In this document: positions 27,877 to 38,464 of the stretch, one piece after another
Layout: each line of letters opens with the position of its first letter
Position numbering within the stretch: position 1 is the stretch's first letter
Source: Dehalococcoidia bacterium
GTDB lineage: Bacteria > Chloroflexota > Dehalococcoidia > Bin125
Length of the DNA: 64,000 nt
Assembly (NCBI GenBank): GCA_963555985.3
Contig: OY820591.1
Span: 1,216,001 to 1,280,000, forward strand
Reading direction: 5' to 3'
The notes under the pieces: model-generated
The model's input: only the letters and a program-made list of their open reading frames with translations
Database searches by the model: none
What the model was told of the DNA's origin: nothing
Position numbers and translations under genes: made by a program

Positions 27877-28791
27877 ATGTCGCGTTCCGTGCTGACGGTG
27901 GCCGACTTGAGCGTCTCCGAGATCGCCGCGGTGCTGGATGCGGCCTCGGCGCAGAAATCGGGAGAGCAGGACGATCACGAAGAGGCTCTGGCGGGCAAGA
28001 CGGCGCTGCTGCTCTTTCAGAAGCCGTCGCTGCGTACGCGGGTGTCGTTTGAGCTTGCGGTGCGTCGTCTCGGCGGCGACTCGATCTATCTCTCTCCGCC
28101 CGAAGTTGGCCTCGGCGAACGTGAGGCTGTTCGCGATGTCGCCGCGGTCGCCGGCCGCTACGGCGAGCTGATCATTTGCCGCACGTTTTCGCAGTCCGTC
28201 CTCGAGCAACTGGCGCAGTACTCGGGCGTTCCCGTGGTCAACGCGCTGAGCGACTGGGAGCATCCCTGCCAAGCGCTGGCCGATTTGCTCACGATCCGCG
28301 AGCACGGCGGCACGGGCGGGCGCATCCTCAGTTACGTGGGCGACGGCAATAATGTCGCCCGATCGCTTCTGATCGCGGCGGCGGGGGAAGGGATGCACGT
28401 GCGGATCGCTTGTCCAGACGGTTACGAGCTCGACGAGGAGACGATTGATCTTGCGGTTGAGCGAGCGGAGTTGTCGGGCGGCTCGGTAACCACGATGCGC
28501 GATCCGCGAGCGGCGGTCGAAGGCGCGCACGTGATCTACACCGACACCTGGACCAGCATGGGTCAGGAAGCGGAGGCGGCGGCGCGGCGAGAGGTGTTCA
28601 CTCGATACCAGGTGTCGTTGGATCTGATTGCAGGCGCAGCTTCGGATGCGGTGGTGATGCACTGCCTGCCTGCTCACCGGGGAGAAGAGATCACGGACGC
28701 GGCGCTAGACGGTGAGCAGTCGGTCGTGTTGGACCAGGCCGAGAACAGGCTGCATGCTCAGCAGGCGCTGCTCTGGTGGCTCTTCCGCTGA
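27877..28791 (+). CDS. argF: Ornithine carbamoyltransferase
   Basis: KPSLRTR, HPCQ, YTDTWTSMG, HCLP, QAENR. Confidence 0.95.
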   Translation: MSRSVLTVADLSVSEIAAVLDAASAQKSGEQDDHEEALAGKTALLLFQKPSLRTRVSFELAVRRLGGDSIYLSPPEVGLGEREAVRDVAAVAGRYGELIICRTFSQSVLEQLAQYSGVPVVNALSDWEHPCQALADLLTIREHGGTGGRILSYVGDGNNVARSLLIAAAGEGMHVRIACPDGYELDEETIDLAVERAELSGGSVTTMRDPRAAVEGAHVIYTDTWTSMGQEAEAAARREVFTRYQVSLDLIAGAASDAVVMHCLPAHRGEEITDAALDGEQSVVLDQAENRLHAQQALLWWLFR

Positions 28792-28898
28792 GCGGACGCG
28801 ATTTCGCATAGCATGAGTCGCCAGCCCTGCATTTGCGGCGGGGCAGAGGTCTTCGCCGGTATCGACCGGCGGATTGACGCCATTCAGGGACGCAGGTC

Positions 28899-29774
28899 AT
28901 GGATGGTCTGATCGGCGATATCGAGGCGGCCTTCAGCGACTTTTCGTGGACGAATCTGCTCGAGGTCGCGGTGATTGCGCTCGTGCTCTACGCGGTCTTG
29001 CGGCTGCTGCGCGGGACGACGGCGATGAGCATCGTCCGCGGGGTTGTGCTTGTGGTGGTTCTGATGACGGTCGTTGGCCGCTCGGTGAACTCGGTCGTCC
29101 TGAACTGGATCGTCGACAACGCACTGGCCGTGCTCTTGATTGTGGTCTTGCTCGTTTTTCAGCCGGAGTTTCGCCGCGCCTTCGAGCATGTTGGCCGGGC
29201 GGGCGGCGTGCGCAACTGGCTCGGTCGGCGTGATCCGTATCACGATCTGATTCCCACGATTGGTTCGGTCGCGCGCGAACTCTCCCAGTCACGAACAGGC
29301 GCGTTGATCCTGATCGAGCGTCAGACCGGACTGGAAGAGCTCGCCCGCCAGGCGGTTCGGGTTGGCGCAATTCCGACGAACGATCTTCTCAAGACGATCT
29401 TTTGGCCGGGATCACCATTGCACGATGGGGCGGTGCTATTGCGTCCGGGTGAGGTGGTTGCGGCGGGCGTGATCGTGCCCACTCCACCTCCGGATCTGTC
29501 CGAGCGGCATGGGCCAGAGTTGGGCGGCGCGCAACATCTCGGCACACGGCATCGCGCTGCGATCTCGATCTCGGCGGAGACCGACGCGCTGGCGGTCGTG
29601 GTCTCCGAGGAGACGGGTCGGATTTCGCTGGCTGAAGGCGGCGTGCTGACGGCGGGGTTGCTTTCCGGGGAACTCGAGCAGACGCTCGCGCGGCTACTCC
29701 ACACTGCGCCGGATCGGGCGGCGTTGCCGGCCAGTGCGAGACGAGCGGACAACCCGACGGCGGGTTCCGAGTGA
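28899..29774 (+). CDS. cdaA: Diadenylate cyclase CdaA
   Basis: 3 N-terminal TM, FQPEFRR, PLHDGA, LGTRHRAA, VSEETG. Confidence 0.95.
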   Translation: MDGLIGDIEAAFSDFSWTNLLEVAVIALVLYAVLRLLRGTTAMSIVRGVVLVVVLMTVVGRSVNSVVLNWIVDNALAVLLIVVLLVFQPEFRRAFEHVGRAGGVRNWLGRRDPYHDLIPTIGSVARELSQSRTGALILIERQTGLEELARQAVRVGAIPTNDLLKTIFWPGSPLHDGAVLLRPGEVVAAGVIVPTPPPDLSERHGPELGGAQHLGTRHRAAISISAETDALAVVVSEETGRISLAEGGVLTAGLLSGELEQTLARLLHTAPDRAALPASARRADNPTAGSE

Positions 29775-31045
29775 GGCGCGTTATCCAGGAGGCGACGCTG
29801 CTCGTCACCGTCGTTGTGCTTGCGCTGGCGGTCTGGTTCGTGATCGCGGACACCGAAAACCGCGAGATTGAAGAGCGGCTCGGATTCAGCATCGGAGTCG
29901 AAGTGCGTAATCTTGCCAGCGATCTCGCGGTCGCTTCGGAGCCGCTTCCGGTGACGCTCACGGTGATTGGACGCCGAGCAGATTTGGACGCCGCCCGCCC
30001 GGACGATTTCGAGGCAACGGTAGATCTCAGCGGGCGTCCCGCCGGGCGTCACAACTTGCCGGTGCGGGTCGAGTCGCTCAATGAAGATGTTCGAGTCCGC
30101 GCGGTGCAGCCGGAGACGGCGGTGGTATTTCTACAAGAGGTGGTTGAGCGGGAAGTAGCGATTGTTGTGGAGACTTCCAATCCACCGCCCTTGGGTTTCC
30201 GAGTGGGCGCGGCGAAGGTGACTCCGAGTACCGCCACGGTGTCGGGGATCGCGGAAGAGGTCGATGCGGTCGAAGTCGTCGTCGCGCGGCTCGATCTTGG
30301 GGGTGCGGAGGCACTGATCGAGCGAGATGTGGCGCTCGAAGCCCGAACCGGCAGCGGGATCGCCGTCAGCCGCGTGACGGTCAGCCCTCGTTTCGCTGTC
30401 GTTGAGGTGCCGATTGAGCAAGAGCTGTTCCGCCGAACGGTGTCGGTTCGTCCGCGCGTTGTCGGAACGCCCCAGGATGGATATCGAGTGCGGGTGGTGA
30501 GAGTCGCCCCGGCGACGATCGAGGTGTTGGTCGGCGTCGATCAGTTCGAAGATGAAGCCGTGGTCGAGGCTACTGCCGTTGATGTGACCGGCCGCAATGC
30601 CGACCTGATTGCGCGGGCGGAGCTGATCTTCTCCGATGGGATCACGCCGGCGATTGACGCTGAGACTGCGGTGCAAGTGATCGTGGTGATCGAGCCGGTG
30701 CTCACGACCGTCCAGCTCTCGACATCGGTGGAGGTTGTCGGCGTGCCGGAGGGACTTGAGCTGGTGGAACTCTCGGTGACTGAGGTGGAGTTGGTACTGC
30801 ACGGCCCGGTTGCGCTGATTGGCGAGATTGAGGGACCACTTCCGCCGCTGACGATCGATGTCTCGCAGCTGGGCGGCGGGCGGCATAACGTTGTACTGAG
30901 TTGGACGCCGCCTGAAGGCGTCGAGCTGATGGAGCTCTCGCCCACCCGTGCGGTGGTTGCAATCGTTCCGACCCCGCCGCCGGAACCCGCGCCGGCCGAG
31001 GGCGAAGGATCGGACTCGCAGCCGGGAGACGATGCTGATGAGTGA
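29771..31045 (+). CDS. cdaR: CdaR/YbbR-domain regulator
   Basis: LALAVWFVI anchor plus repeated beta-rich YbbR domains; follows cdaA. Confidence 0.85.
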   Translation: MRRVIQEATLLVTVVVLALAVWFVIADTENREIEERLGFSIGVEVRNLASDLAVASEPLPVTLTVIGRRADLDAARPDDFEATVDLSGRPAGRHNLPVRVESLNEDVRVRAVQPETAVVFLQEVVEREVAIVVETSNPPPLGFRVGAAKVTPSTATVSGIAEEVDAVEVVVARLDLGGAEALIERDVALEARTGSGIAVSRVTVSPRFAVVEVPIEQELFRRTVSVRPRVVGTPQDGYRVRVVRVAPATIEVLVGVDQFEDEAVVEATAVDVTGRNADLIARAELIFSDGITPAIDAETAVQVIVVIEPVLTTVQLSTSVEVVGVPEGLELVELSVTEVELVLHGPVALIGEIEGPLPPLTIDVSQLGGGRHNVVLSWTPPEGVELMELSPTRAVVAIVPTPPPEPAPAEGEGSDSQPGDDADE

Positions 31046-32447
31046 GGCAAGCGAGGCGACGCCGACTGCTGAGGTGCGAGCGGTACCGGGCAATGTGCTT
31101 CCGACCGTCGCGATCGTGGGGCGTCCGAACGTGGGTAAGTCGACGCTCTTCAATCGTCTCGTCCGCCGCCGCCAGGCGATTGTGCGGGGCGAACCGGGAA
31201 CGACCCGCGACCGCAACTACGGTTCGACGGAATGGCGTGGACGCCATTTCACTGTGATTGATACCGGCGGGTTGTTGGGGGAGCAGCTGAGCGGTCCGTA
31301 CGCCGACTCCGTGGCTGAGCAAGTGCAGCAGGCGGTCTCGGAGGCCGACGCGATCGTGCTCGTGGTTGATGTTCAAGCGGGTGCGTTGCCCGCAGACGAA
31401 GACGTTGCGGCATTGCTGCGCGAAGTTGAGCAGCCGGTGACTGTCTGCGCGAACAAGGCGGACAACCCGCAGTTGGCCGCTGCCGCGGGTGAGTTCTTCA
31501 GCCTCGGCTTGGGCGAGCCGATTGCGATCAGCGCCCACCACGGACGGCATATTGACGATCTGCTTGATCGCGTTGTTGACGAGCTTGCTGTTGCAGAGCC
31601 GCGAGCGGCGGAAGCGGCGGCTTGCCGTTTGGCGATCATCGGCCGTCCCAACGTGGGTAAGTCGTCGCTGGTGAACGCTTTGCTTCGGGACGAGCGCATG
31701 ATTGTGAGCGACGTGCCCGGGACTACCCGAGATGCGGTCGACACCGTACTCAGCTTCGACGGGCAAGAGGTGTCGCTGGTGGATACGGCCGGTATCCGGC
31801 GGCGCGGGCGGATTGCGCCGGGGATTGAGCGTGCGTCGGTGCGGCGAGCGGGGGCGGCGGTGCGCCGCGCTGATGTCGCGGCGGTGGTGATTGATGCGCA
31901 TGAGGGAGTGACATCACAGGATCAGCACGTGCTGGGGATGGCGCTTGACGAGGGCGCGGGGATCGTGGTTGTGATGAACAAGGCCGATCTCGTGGATGCC
32001 GAGGAGGGACTGCGGGACAGCCGCGAACGCCAGCTCGCCGGACGCGCCCGGTTCGTGAATTGGGCACCGATCGTTTGGGTGTCAGCGCTGACCGGTGATT
32101 CGGTGGACAGCGTCGTCGCGGCCGGATTGCACGTTGCCGAGCAGCGGCGCACGCGGGTGCCCACGCCGCGCCTGAACGCGATGCTGAAGCAGGCGCTGAT
32201 TGACCGACCTCCGTCTACGTATCGGGGGCGTCCGATCCGCTTCTACTACGCGGTGCAGAGCGAGATTGAGCCGCCGACCTTCGTCTTCTTCGTGAACTAC
32301 CCCGAGGCGGTGCATTTTTCGTATGAGCGCTTCTTGCTGGGGCGAATCCGGCGCACATTCGGCTTCGAGGGCGCGACACTACGCTGTGTGCTGAGGGGTC
32401 GAGAACCGGCAAGCGGCGATGATCGTGCAGGACGAAACCAGAGCTGA
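31038..32447 (+). CDS. der: Ribosome biogenesis GTPase Der
   Basis: Two GRPNVGKS P-loops, GTTRD twice, DTGG/DTAG. Confidence 0.97.
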   Translation: MSEASEATPTAEVRAVPGNVLPTVAIVGRPNVGKSTLFNRLVRRRQAIVRGEPGTTRDRNYGSTEWRGRHFTVIDTGGLLGEQLSGPYADSVAEQVQQAVSEADAIVLVVDVQAGALPADEDVAALLREVEQPVTVCANKADNPQLAAAAGEFFSLGLGEPIAISAHHGRHIDDLLDRVVDELAVAEPRAAEAAACRLAIIGRPNVGKSSLVNALLRDERMIVSDVPGTTRDAVDTVLSFDGQEVSLVDTAGIRRRGRIAPGIERASVRRAGAAVRRADVAAVVIDAHEGVTSQDQHVLGMALDEGAGIVVVMNKADLVDAEEGLRDSRERQLAGRARFVNWAPIVWVSALTGDSVDSVVAAGLHVAEQRRTRVPTPRLNAMLKQALIDRPPSTYRGRPIRFYYAVQSEIEPPTFVFFVNYPEAVHFSYERFLLGRIRRTFGFEGATLRCVLRGREPASGDDRAGRNQS

Positions 32448-32468
32448 AACGGAGAAGGCGAGCGCGAT

Positions 32469-33107
32469 GTGATTGAGGCGTGGATCGTCGGGATCGTGGT
32501 GGGCTATCTCGTTGGGTCGGTTCCGACCGGGCTGTGGATCGGGCGCTGGCGGGGTGGCGGCGACATCCGTGCGAGCGGGAGCGGCCGGATCGGTGCGACG
32601 AACACGTTTCGGGCGCTGGGTCTGCGCTGGTCGGTGACCGTCCTGGCGCTTGACGCCGTCAAAGGGGCTTTGCCGATTCTGATCGTGATGGCTGTTTGGG
32701 ACAGCCCTACCGGTGAAGTGTTGGGAGGATTGGCGGCGATCGTGGGACACCAATTTCCGCTCTATGCAGGGTTCCGGGGCGGGCGCGGCGCCGCGACGGC
32801 GTTGGGCGGCGTGATCACGCTGATGCCGCCTGCGGCACTGTTTGCGCTGGCGGCGGCTGCGCCGGTCTTGTTGGGTATTCGGGTGATGTCGCTGGCGACG
32901 CTGACTGGGGCGACGGCAGCAGGGTTGGGGATGTCGCTACTGGCGGCCTTCGGGGCTGCGCCAGATGCGTACATTGGATTTGCGGTTGGGACTTGGGTGC
33001 TGGTCGTCTGGGGGCACCGCGACAACGTGGAGCGGATTGTTGCGGGCAGCGAGCGCGTACTCTCCTGGTCGCGGCGCGGGGCTGCGCAGCAGGCGAGCGA
33101 AAGCTGA
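32469..33107 (+). CDS. plsY: Glycerol-3-phosphate acyltransferase PlsY
   Basis: GSG.IGATN, DAVKG, GHQFP...FRGGRG, HRDN. Confidence 0.93.
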   Translation: MIEAWIVGIVVGYLVGSVPTGLWIGRWRGGGDIRASGSGRIGATNTFRALGLRWSVTVLALDAVKGALPILIVMAVWDSPTGEVLGGLAAIVGHQFPLYAGFRGGRGAATALGGVITLMPPAALFALAAAAPVLLGIRVMSLATLTGATAAGLGMSLLAAFGAAPDAYIGFAVGTWVLVVWGHRDNVERIVAGSERVLSWSRRGAAQQASES

Positions 33108-33120
33108 CTGGAGCGTCGTG

Positions 33121-34131
33121 ATGCAAACGATGGTGGTGGGCGCGACTTCGTGGGGATGCACGCTCGCCATGTGCATGGATCGTGCGGGTCATGATGTCGC
33201 TGTGCTCTGTAGAACGGTGGACGAGGCAGCGGAGCTTGCGGCTGCGCGCGAGCATCGCCGCTTGCTTCCTGGGGTGGCATTGCCAGAGCGTCTGGTCTTT
33301 ACGCATAAGGCGGCGGCAGTTGGCCTGCCCGCGACGGTGATCTGGGCGACTCCATCGCAGCGGTTGCGAGACAACCTGCGCGGCGTGCTGCGGGAGCTTC
33401 CCGCCGGAGACATCGTTCATGCGAGCGCGGCCAAGGGGCTCGAGCGGGGCACGCATCTGCGAATGACCGAAGTGATCGCAGAGGAGCTCGCGGCTGCGGG
33501 ACGGGACGAATCGGTCGGCGTTGTGAGCGGGCCGAATATCGCGCGGGAAGTGGCACGCGGTCTGCCGGCGACTACGGTGGCCGCCGCTGTTGGGCGGGAG
33601 GCGCGGATACGTTTGCGTGATGCCCTGAATTCGGATCGGTTCCGGGTCTACACGAATGAGGATGTGGTCGGTGTGGAGCTTGGGGGGGCGCTTAAGAACG
33701 TGATTGCGATTGCGGCGGGTATTGCGGTGGGTCTGGATGTGGGCGACAACGCGCGGGCGGCGCTGGTGACCAGAGGGCTGGCGGAGATTGCGCGTTTGGG
33801 GGTGGCGCTGGGCGCGTCTGCTTCGACCTTCGCCGGGCTTGCGGGCCTGGGCGATCTGTTGGCGACGGCGACGAGCCCGCGATCGCGTAATCGCACGCTG
33901 GGGGAGCGTTTGGGGTCGGGGATGACGCTTGCGGAAGCGGTTGCGGACACGCCCCATGTGGTTGAGGGAGTGGAGACTACTCGGGTCGTGCTTGAGGTGG
34001 CGGAGCGAGTGGGGGTGCAGCTGCCGGTGGCGGAGGTGGTGGCGCGGGTGTTGTTTGAGGATCTGAGTCCGCGTGATGCGATTCGGGTGTTGATGGAACG
34101 CGCGCCGACGGAGGAGGAGCAAGGGTTGTGA
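33121..34131 (+). CDS. gpsA: NAD(P)H-dependent glycerol-3-phosphate dehydrogenase
   Basis: GATSWG, SGPNIARE, GALKNVIAI, GLGDL, SRN, VVEG. Confidence 0.96.
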   Translation: MQTMVVGATSWGCTLAMCMDRAGHDVAVLCRTVDEAAELAAAREHRRLLPGVALPERLVFTHKAAAVGLPATVIWATPSQRLRDNLRGVLRELPAGDIVHASAAKGLERGTHLRMTEVIAEELAAAGRDESVGVVSGPNIAREVARGLPATTVAAAVGREARIRLRDALNSDRFRVYTNEDVVGVELGGALKNVIAIAAGIAVGLDVGDNARAALVTRGLAEIARLGVALGASASTFAGLAGLGDLLATATSPRSRNRTLGERLGSGMTLAEAVADTPHVVEGVETTRVVLEVAERVGVQLPVAEVVARVLFEDLSPRDAIRVLMERAPTEEEQGL

Positions 34132-35126
34132 CGGAGGAGGATGATCAGTTCTCGCAGCCGCCTGATCCGGCCAGCGCGCTTCGGCGGATCATCTCGATCA
34201 TCGGTCGCGGGGATGAAGAGCTTGAGCTTGCCGACCTCTATGCGCTTTCGGGCTTGACCGGTCTGGGCGAGGCCAGGGCTGAGCTCGAGCAACTTGATGC
34301 TTCCGGTCGCTTCGCGCTCTTCGATCAGCTGCGCGAAACCGCGAGCGGGCCCGGCGGCTTCGACTTCACCTCGCTGTTCGCGGTCGCGCTACAGGATGAG
34401 GATCTGTCGGTGCGCTCGCTCGCTGCGGGGGCGTTGGCGGTGAGCGAGTCTGCGGGGGCGACGGCGGCGTTGCTGGAGGCGGCGGGTTCGAGCGAGGAAG
34501 ACGACGAAGTGCGCTGCGAGGCGGTGACGGCGTTGGGGGAGATCGCGATGCGGCTTGAGTTGGGCTGGGCTTCCGGCGAAGGGGCGGATGCGGTGGTGGA
34601 GACGCTGCGCGGGATTGCGGTTGACGCACGGGAGGAGGAGACACTGCGCGCGGCGGCGATTGCTGCGGTTGGCGTGATCTCGGAGGAGTGGGTGGCGGGG
34701 CTGATCGATGACGCTTTCTACTCCGACTCGGCGGCGCTGCATCTGGGCGCGGTGCAGGCGATGGGTCGGAGCGCGGATGTGGTCTGGCTGCCCTTGTTGG
34801 AGGGGGCGATCACGGCGGAGGACAGCGACGAACGGATCGCGGCGGCGCAGGCGTTGGGCGAGATCGGCTCCGAGGACGGGGTGCCGATCCTGGTGGATCT
34901 GTTTGATGATCCGACTGCCGAGGTGGAGGTGATTCAGGCCGCGATTGGGGCGCTGGGAGAGATTGGGGGAGAGGAGGCCGTAGAGGAGTTGGAGCGGCTG
35001 CGGACGCATCCGGCTGCGGCGGTGCGGGTCGCGGCTCAGGAGGCGCTGGAGGAGGCGAGTTGGCTGGATCAATCGATGCCGGAGGATGATGCGGAGGCTG
35101 CATTCGATTTCGATGGTCGGTGGTAG
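34128..35126 (+). CDS. HEAT-repeat protein
   Basis: Repeated VR..AA.ALGE motifs. Confidence 0.85.
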   Translation: MTEEDDQFSQPPDPASALRRIISIIGRGDEELELADLYALSGLTGLGEARAELEQLDASGRFALFDQLRETASGPGGFDFTSLFAVALQDEDLSVRSLAAGALAVSESAGATAALLEAAGSSEEDDEVRCEAVTALGEIAMRLELGWASGEGADAVVETLRGIAVDAREEETLRAAAIAAVGVISEEWVAGLIDDAFYSDSAALHLGAVQAMGRSADVVWLPLLEGAITAEDSDERIAAAQALGEIGSEDGVPILVDLFDDPTAEVEVIQAAIGALGEIGGEEAVEELERLRTHPAAAVRVAAQEALEEASWLDQSMPEDDAEAAFDFDGRW

Positions 35127-35180
35127 ATTGCAGAAGCAGGAGCCGGGCTTCAGAGTGGATGCGTAGAAGGAGCCGTCGCC

Positions 35181-35711
35181 TTGGCCAGTACTGAGCAGCG
35201 GACGGACGGCGAGGCGGCTCGCCGCCGGGCGCGGAAGATGATTGCGGTGAGCGCCGGCGGCGTGGTCTGGCGTGAGGCGGGCCGCTCCGGTGAGGTTGAG
35301 GTGGTGCTGGTGCAGACGCCGGCGATGCGCTGGGCGCTGCCGAAGGGCAAGCCGGAGAATGGCGAGCGGCTGGCGGATACGGCGCTGCGGGAGGTGGCTG
35401 AGGAGACGGGGTTGGAAGTGGCGCTTGATGAGAAGATCGGGGTGATGCGCTACAGCTTTTCTGCGGTGGACGGCCGGATCGACAAGGCCGTGCATTTTTG
35501 GCTGATGCAGATGACGGGCGGCTCGTTTGAGAACCATGACGACGAGCATGTGGACGTGCGTTGGGTCGGTCTGGGGGATGCGATGCGGATGGTGGCGTAC
35601 CGCAACACGGCGGCGATGCTGGAGGACGCGGCGGCGATGCTTGACGCGCGGGTGCGTCCGCAGGCGGATTGGGACGTGGCGCCGAGCGGTGGGCATCAGC
35701 CGACCTGTTAG
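35181..35711 (+). CDS. NUDIX hydrolase
   Basis: VSAGGVV, LPKGKPENGERLADTALREVAEETG. Confidence 0.9.
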   Translation: MASTEQRTDGEAARRRARKMIAVSAGGVVWREAGRSGEVEVVLVQTPAMRWALPKGKPENGERLADTALREVAEETGLEVALDEKIGVMRYSFSAVDGRIDKAVHFWLMQMTGGSFENHDDEHVDVRWVGLGDAMRMVAYRNTAAMLEDAAAMLDARVRPQADWDVAPSGGHQPTC

Positions 35712-35721
35712 CTTTTCGCTC

Positions 35722-36315
35722 GTGACTACGGTTGATTCGGATGTCGTCGCGGTCGGCGAGCTTGTGCGGATTCGGCACAAGCGGCTGGGGGATGCGCGTC
35801 TGGACTGGGCCTGGCGGACGGACGCCGAGTTAGCGGAGTTGGATGCGTCGCCGGTCTCGACGCTGACCTTTGAGCAGTACCGGAACCAGTACGAGTGGCA
35901 GCTGAGGCGGACTACGATCTACCGCTACACGTTCGCGGTGGAGACGGCGGAGGGGCAGCACATCGGGAACGTGATGTACTACAACATCGATCAGATTCGG
36001 CGGCAGGCGGAGTTGGGGGTGTTGATTGGGGATCGGGCGTATTGGGGTTCGGGGTATGGGCGGGAGGCGGTGGCGCTGCTGTTGGATCACATCTTTACGC
36101 ATACATCGTTGACGCGGGTGTATCTGCATACGCTGGACTGGAACGTGCGGGCGCAGCGTGCGTTCCGGGCGGCGGGCTTTCGGGATTGCGGGCGGGTGCG
36201 CAAGGGGCGGCAACGGTTTTATCAGATGCAGGTGTTGCGTGAGTGGCGTTGGCAGCGGGAGTATCAGCGTCGGGCGGCGCCCAAAGCGGTGGGGCGTCGG
36301 CGCCGGGGGTCGTGA
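35722..36315 (+). CDS. GNAT (RimJ/RimL-like) N-acetyltransferase
   Basis: HIGN, ELGVLIG...YWGSGYG, WNVRAQRAF...GF; start taken at GTG 35722. Confidence 0.88.
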   Translation: MTTVDSDVVAVGELVRIRHKRLGDARLDWAWRTDAELAELDASPVSTLTFEQYRNQYEWQLRRTTIYRYTFAVETAEGQHIGNVMYYNIDQIRRQAELGVLIGDRAYWGSGYGREAVALLLDHIFTHTSLTRVYLHTLDWNVRAQRAFRAAGFRDCGRVRKGRQRFYQMQVLREWRWQREYQRRAAPKAVGRRRRGS

Positions 36316-36333
36316 GCGGTTAGTCGCGTTGTC

Positions 36334-36432
36334 GGACCCCCCTCTGTCCCTACGGGACATCTCCCCCCGCAGTGCGGGGGGAGAGGGGAGTGGATGCCGG
36401 GGCTCTCCCCTCGCGGTGCGAGGGGAGAGGGA
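36334..36432. repeat. Hairpin repeat pair between convergent genes
   Basis: GGACCCCCCTCTGTCCCTACGGGACATCTCCCCCCGCAGTGCGGGGGGAGAGG plus a second CTCTCCCC/GGGGAGAG hairpin. Confidence 0.9.
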
Positions 36433-36459
36433 TCCGTAGGGTTGCGAGGTTGGGTGTGC

Positions 36460-36927
36460 TTAGGCGCGGGTGGGGAGGATGACGACGCCGGTGCCTGGGG
36501 TGCTGACGGAGCCGTCGGCGCGGACGCCTTCGATGTTGAGTTCGACGAAGTTGCGTTCGCCCTCGGTGTACTTGCGGGTGACGGTGCCGCGGAGGGTGAA
36601 CTTTTGCTCCTGGGCGGACTCGCGGCCCTGGGCGGCGGGGTCCATGCCGCGGTAGGAGCACTGGACGCGCTTGACTTGGCCTTCGGGTCCGGCGAAGCGC
36701 CAGAGCAGTTCGCCGAGGAAGGCGTGCTTGAGGGCGCCGTGGACGATGATGTCGTCGAGGCCGGTGTCCTGTGCGTAGCTTGTGTCGTAGTGGATTTGGT
36801 AGAAGTCGCCGGAGCCGGCGGCCCATTGGACGAGCTGCTGGCTGGTGGGGTTCTTTTCGAGTTCGGGGATGCTGTCGCCTTCTTCGATGTCCTCGAAGTA
36901 GATCTGGTCGGGCACTGCGTCTGCCAT
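36460..36927 (-). CDS. MaoC-family dehydratase
   Basis: YFEDIEEGD, SGDFYQIHYD, IVHG. Confidence 0.9.
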   Translation of the reverse strand: MADAVPDQIYFEDIEEGDSIPELEKNPTSQQLVQWAAGSGDFYQIHYDTSYAQDTGLDDIIVHGALKHAFLGELLWRFAGPEGQVKRVQCSYRGMDPAAQGRESAQEQKFTLRGTVTRKYTEGERNFVELNIEGVRADGSVSTPGTGVVILPTRA

Positions 36928-36982
36928 GTGGGTCTCCTTCGTTCTGGGTGCGTAGTGTAGCGGGTTCGGTGTTTTGGGGCGG

Positions 36983-37110
36983 GAGACCCCCCTCTGTCCC
37001 TACGGGACATCTCCCCCCGCATTGCGGGGGGAGAGGGGAGGAGGGAGGGGACATCTCCTTCTGGGAGAGGGAGCGGGGACCGAGCGGGTCCCCGATCGAG
37101 TCGGGGACGG
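36983..37110. repeat. Hairpin repeat cluster
   Basis: Near-identical to the 36334 copy, then GTCCCCGATCGAGTCGGGGAC. Confidence 0.9.
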
Positions 37111-37112
37111 GA

Positions 37113-37631
37113 TCAGTCGCCGGGGCGGGGGTAGGAGATGCCGGTGCCTCGGGAGATGGCGACGACCTTGCCGTCCTGGTTGGTGTAGGTGGTCTCGGAG
37201 ACCTGGATCAGCATGGGGACGCCGAGGGCGCCGCTCCAGCGCTCGTTGAGGGAGGCGAGTGCGGTGGCGGAGGTGAGGGTGTCGCCGGCGCAGATTTGCT
37301 CGCCGGTGTACTCGATGTCGGTGCCGCCGTTGAGTACCAGGGGGTAAGGCGAGCGGAAGCCGCCCTGACCGCGCCGTCCACCGAAGGTGGGATCGGAGTC
37401 GGCGGGGTTGAAGATGGGTGTGCCGAGGTAGCCCGGAGGTGCGGGGAGGCTGCGGAAGCCGCGCTCGCGGGCGACTTGCTCGTCGTAGAAGGCGGGGTCG
37501 ACGTAGCCGACGGAGCGGGCGAACATGCGCACGCTGGTGGTGGTCAGTTCGCTGACGGTTTCGGGGCCTTTGACGCCGATCATGTTGCGCATTTCGTCGG
37601 TGATGACCGACTCGAATCTGTCGTCTGCCAT
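37113..37631 (-). CDS. MaoC-like (FAS1 dehydratase N-terminal type) hotdog subunit
   Basis: Start MADDRF with RBS GAGGAG; FARSVG..DP.FYD, APP, LNGG.DIEY, YTNQDG. Confidence 0.85.
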   Translation of the reverse strand: MADDRFESVITDEMRNMIGVKGPETVSELTTTSVRMFARSVGYVDPAFYDEQVARERGFRSLPAPPGYLGTPIFNPADSDPTFGGRRGQGGFRSPYPLVLNGGTDIEYTGEQICAGDTLTSATALASLNERWSGALGVPMLIQVSETTYTNQDGKVVAISRGTGISYPRPGD

Positions 37632-37669
37632 GGCGCTCCTCGTGGTGTGGTGTGGTGGCTGGGAGTAGT

Positions 37670-38383
37670 TTAGCTGGTGGCTGCTTCGCGGCTGGAGCCG
37701 ACGATGGCGAAGCGTGCGGGGCGGGAGGGGACGGCGAATTCTTTGCCGGTTTCCATGTCGACGGCGCAGAAGTTGCCGGTTTTGAGTTCGCGGACGAGGT
37801 CTTGCCAGGTTTCGATTGAGTCGGTCTCGAACCAGGTGGCGACTTTGCCGATGTCGTGGACGGCGTGGGAGTCGGTGCCGGCGGTGCCGGGCATTTCGAG
37901 GGTTTCGGCGAGGTCGAGGGAGAAGCGGTTTTCGCGTTCTTTGCCGCGTCCGTTGAGGACTTCGAGGGCGACGCAGTGGGGGACGGCGGCGTTTTTGGTG
38001 GCGCGTTCGAGGGCGGTTCGCCAGTCTTCGGGGTTGTCTTTCCAGGCGATCTGTCGGCGGTAGGGGTGGGCGAGGACGAGGGCGCCGCCGCGTTCTTCGA
38101 CGTGCTTGGCGAGGCGCTCGACGCGGTGCATGCCGAAGACGTACTTTTCCATGCCCCAGGCGAGGATGTGGCCCTGGTCGCAGGAGACTTCGCAGCCGGG
38201 GATGACAACGAGGCCGACTTCTTCGGCGATTTTGGCGGCTTCGGCTTCGGGCCAGAGGGCGTCGTGCTCGGTGAGGCAGATGCCGTCGAGTCCGGCGGCT
38301 TTGGCGCGTTCGGCGAGGTCTTTGGGATCGAGGACGGAGTCGTGTGAGCGGGGCCAGGTGTGGTTGTGGAGGTCGATCAGCAT
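37670..38383 (-). CDS. PHP-domain phosphoesterase
   Basis: IDLHNHT, LTEHD, GHIL, LAHP, GTDSH. Confidence 0.92.
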   Translation of the reverse strand: MLIDLHNHTWPRSHDSVLDPKDLAERAKAAGLDGICLTEHDALWPEAEAAKIAEEVGLVVIPGCEVSCDQGHILAWGMEKYVFGMHRVERLAKHVEERGGALVLAHPYRRQIAWKDNPEDWRTALERATKNAAVPHCVALEVLNGRGKERENRFSLDLAETLEMPGTAGTDSHAVHDIGKVATWFETDSIETWQDLVRELKTGNFCAVDMETGKEFAVPSRPARFAIVGSSREAATS

Positions 38384-38464
38384 TGGTGCTCCGATGTACG
38401 GCGGGCACGCTCGATGTGGGCGCGCACGCAGATGGGTCGAGCGGAGGGCGGCGTGAGCAGTGTA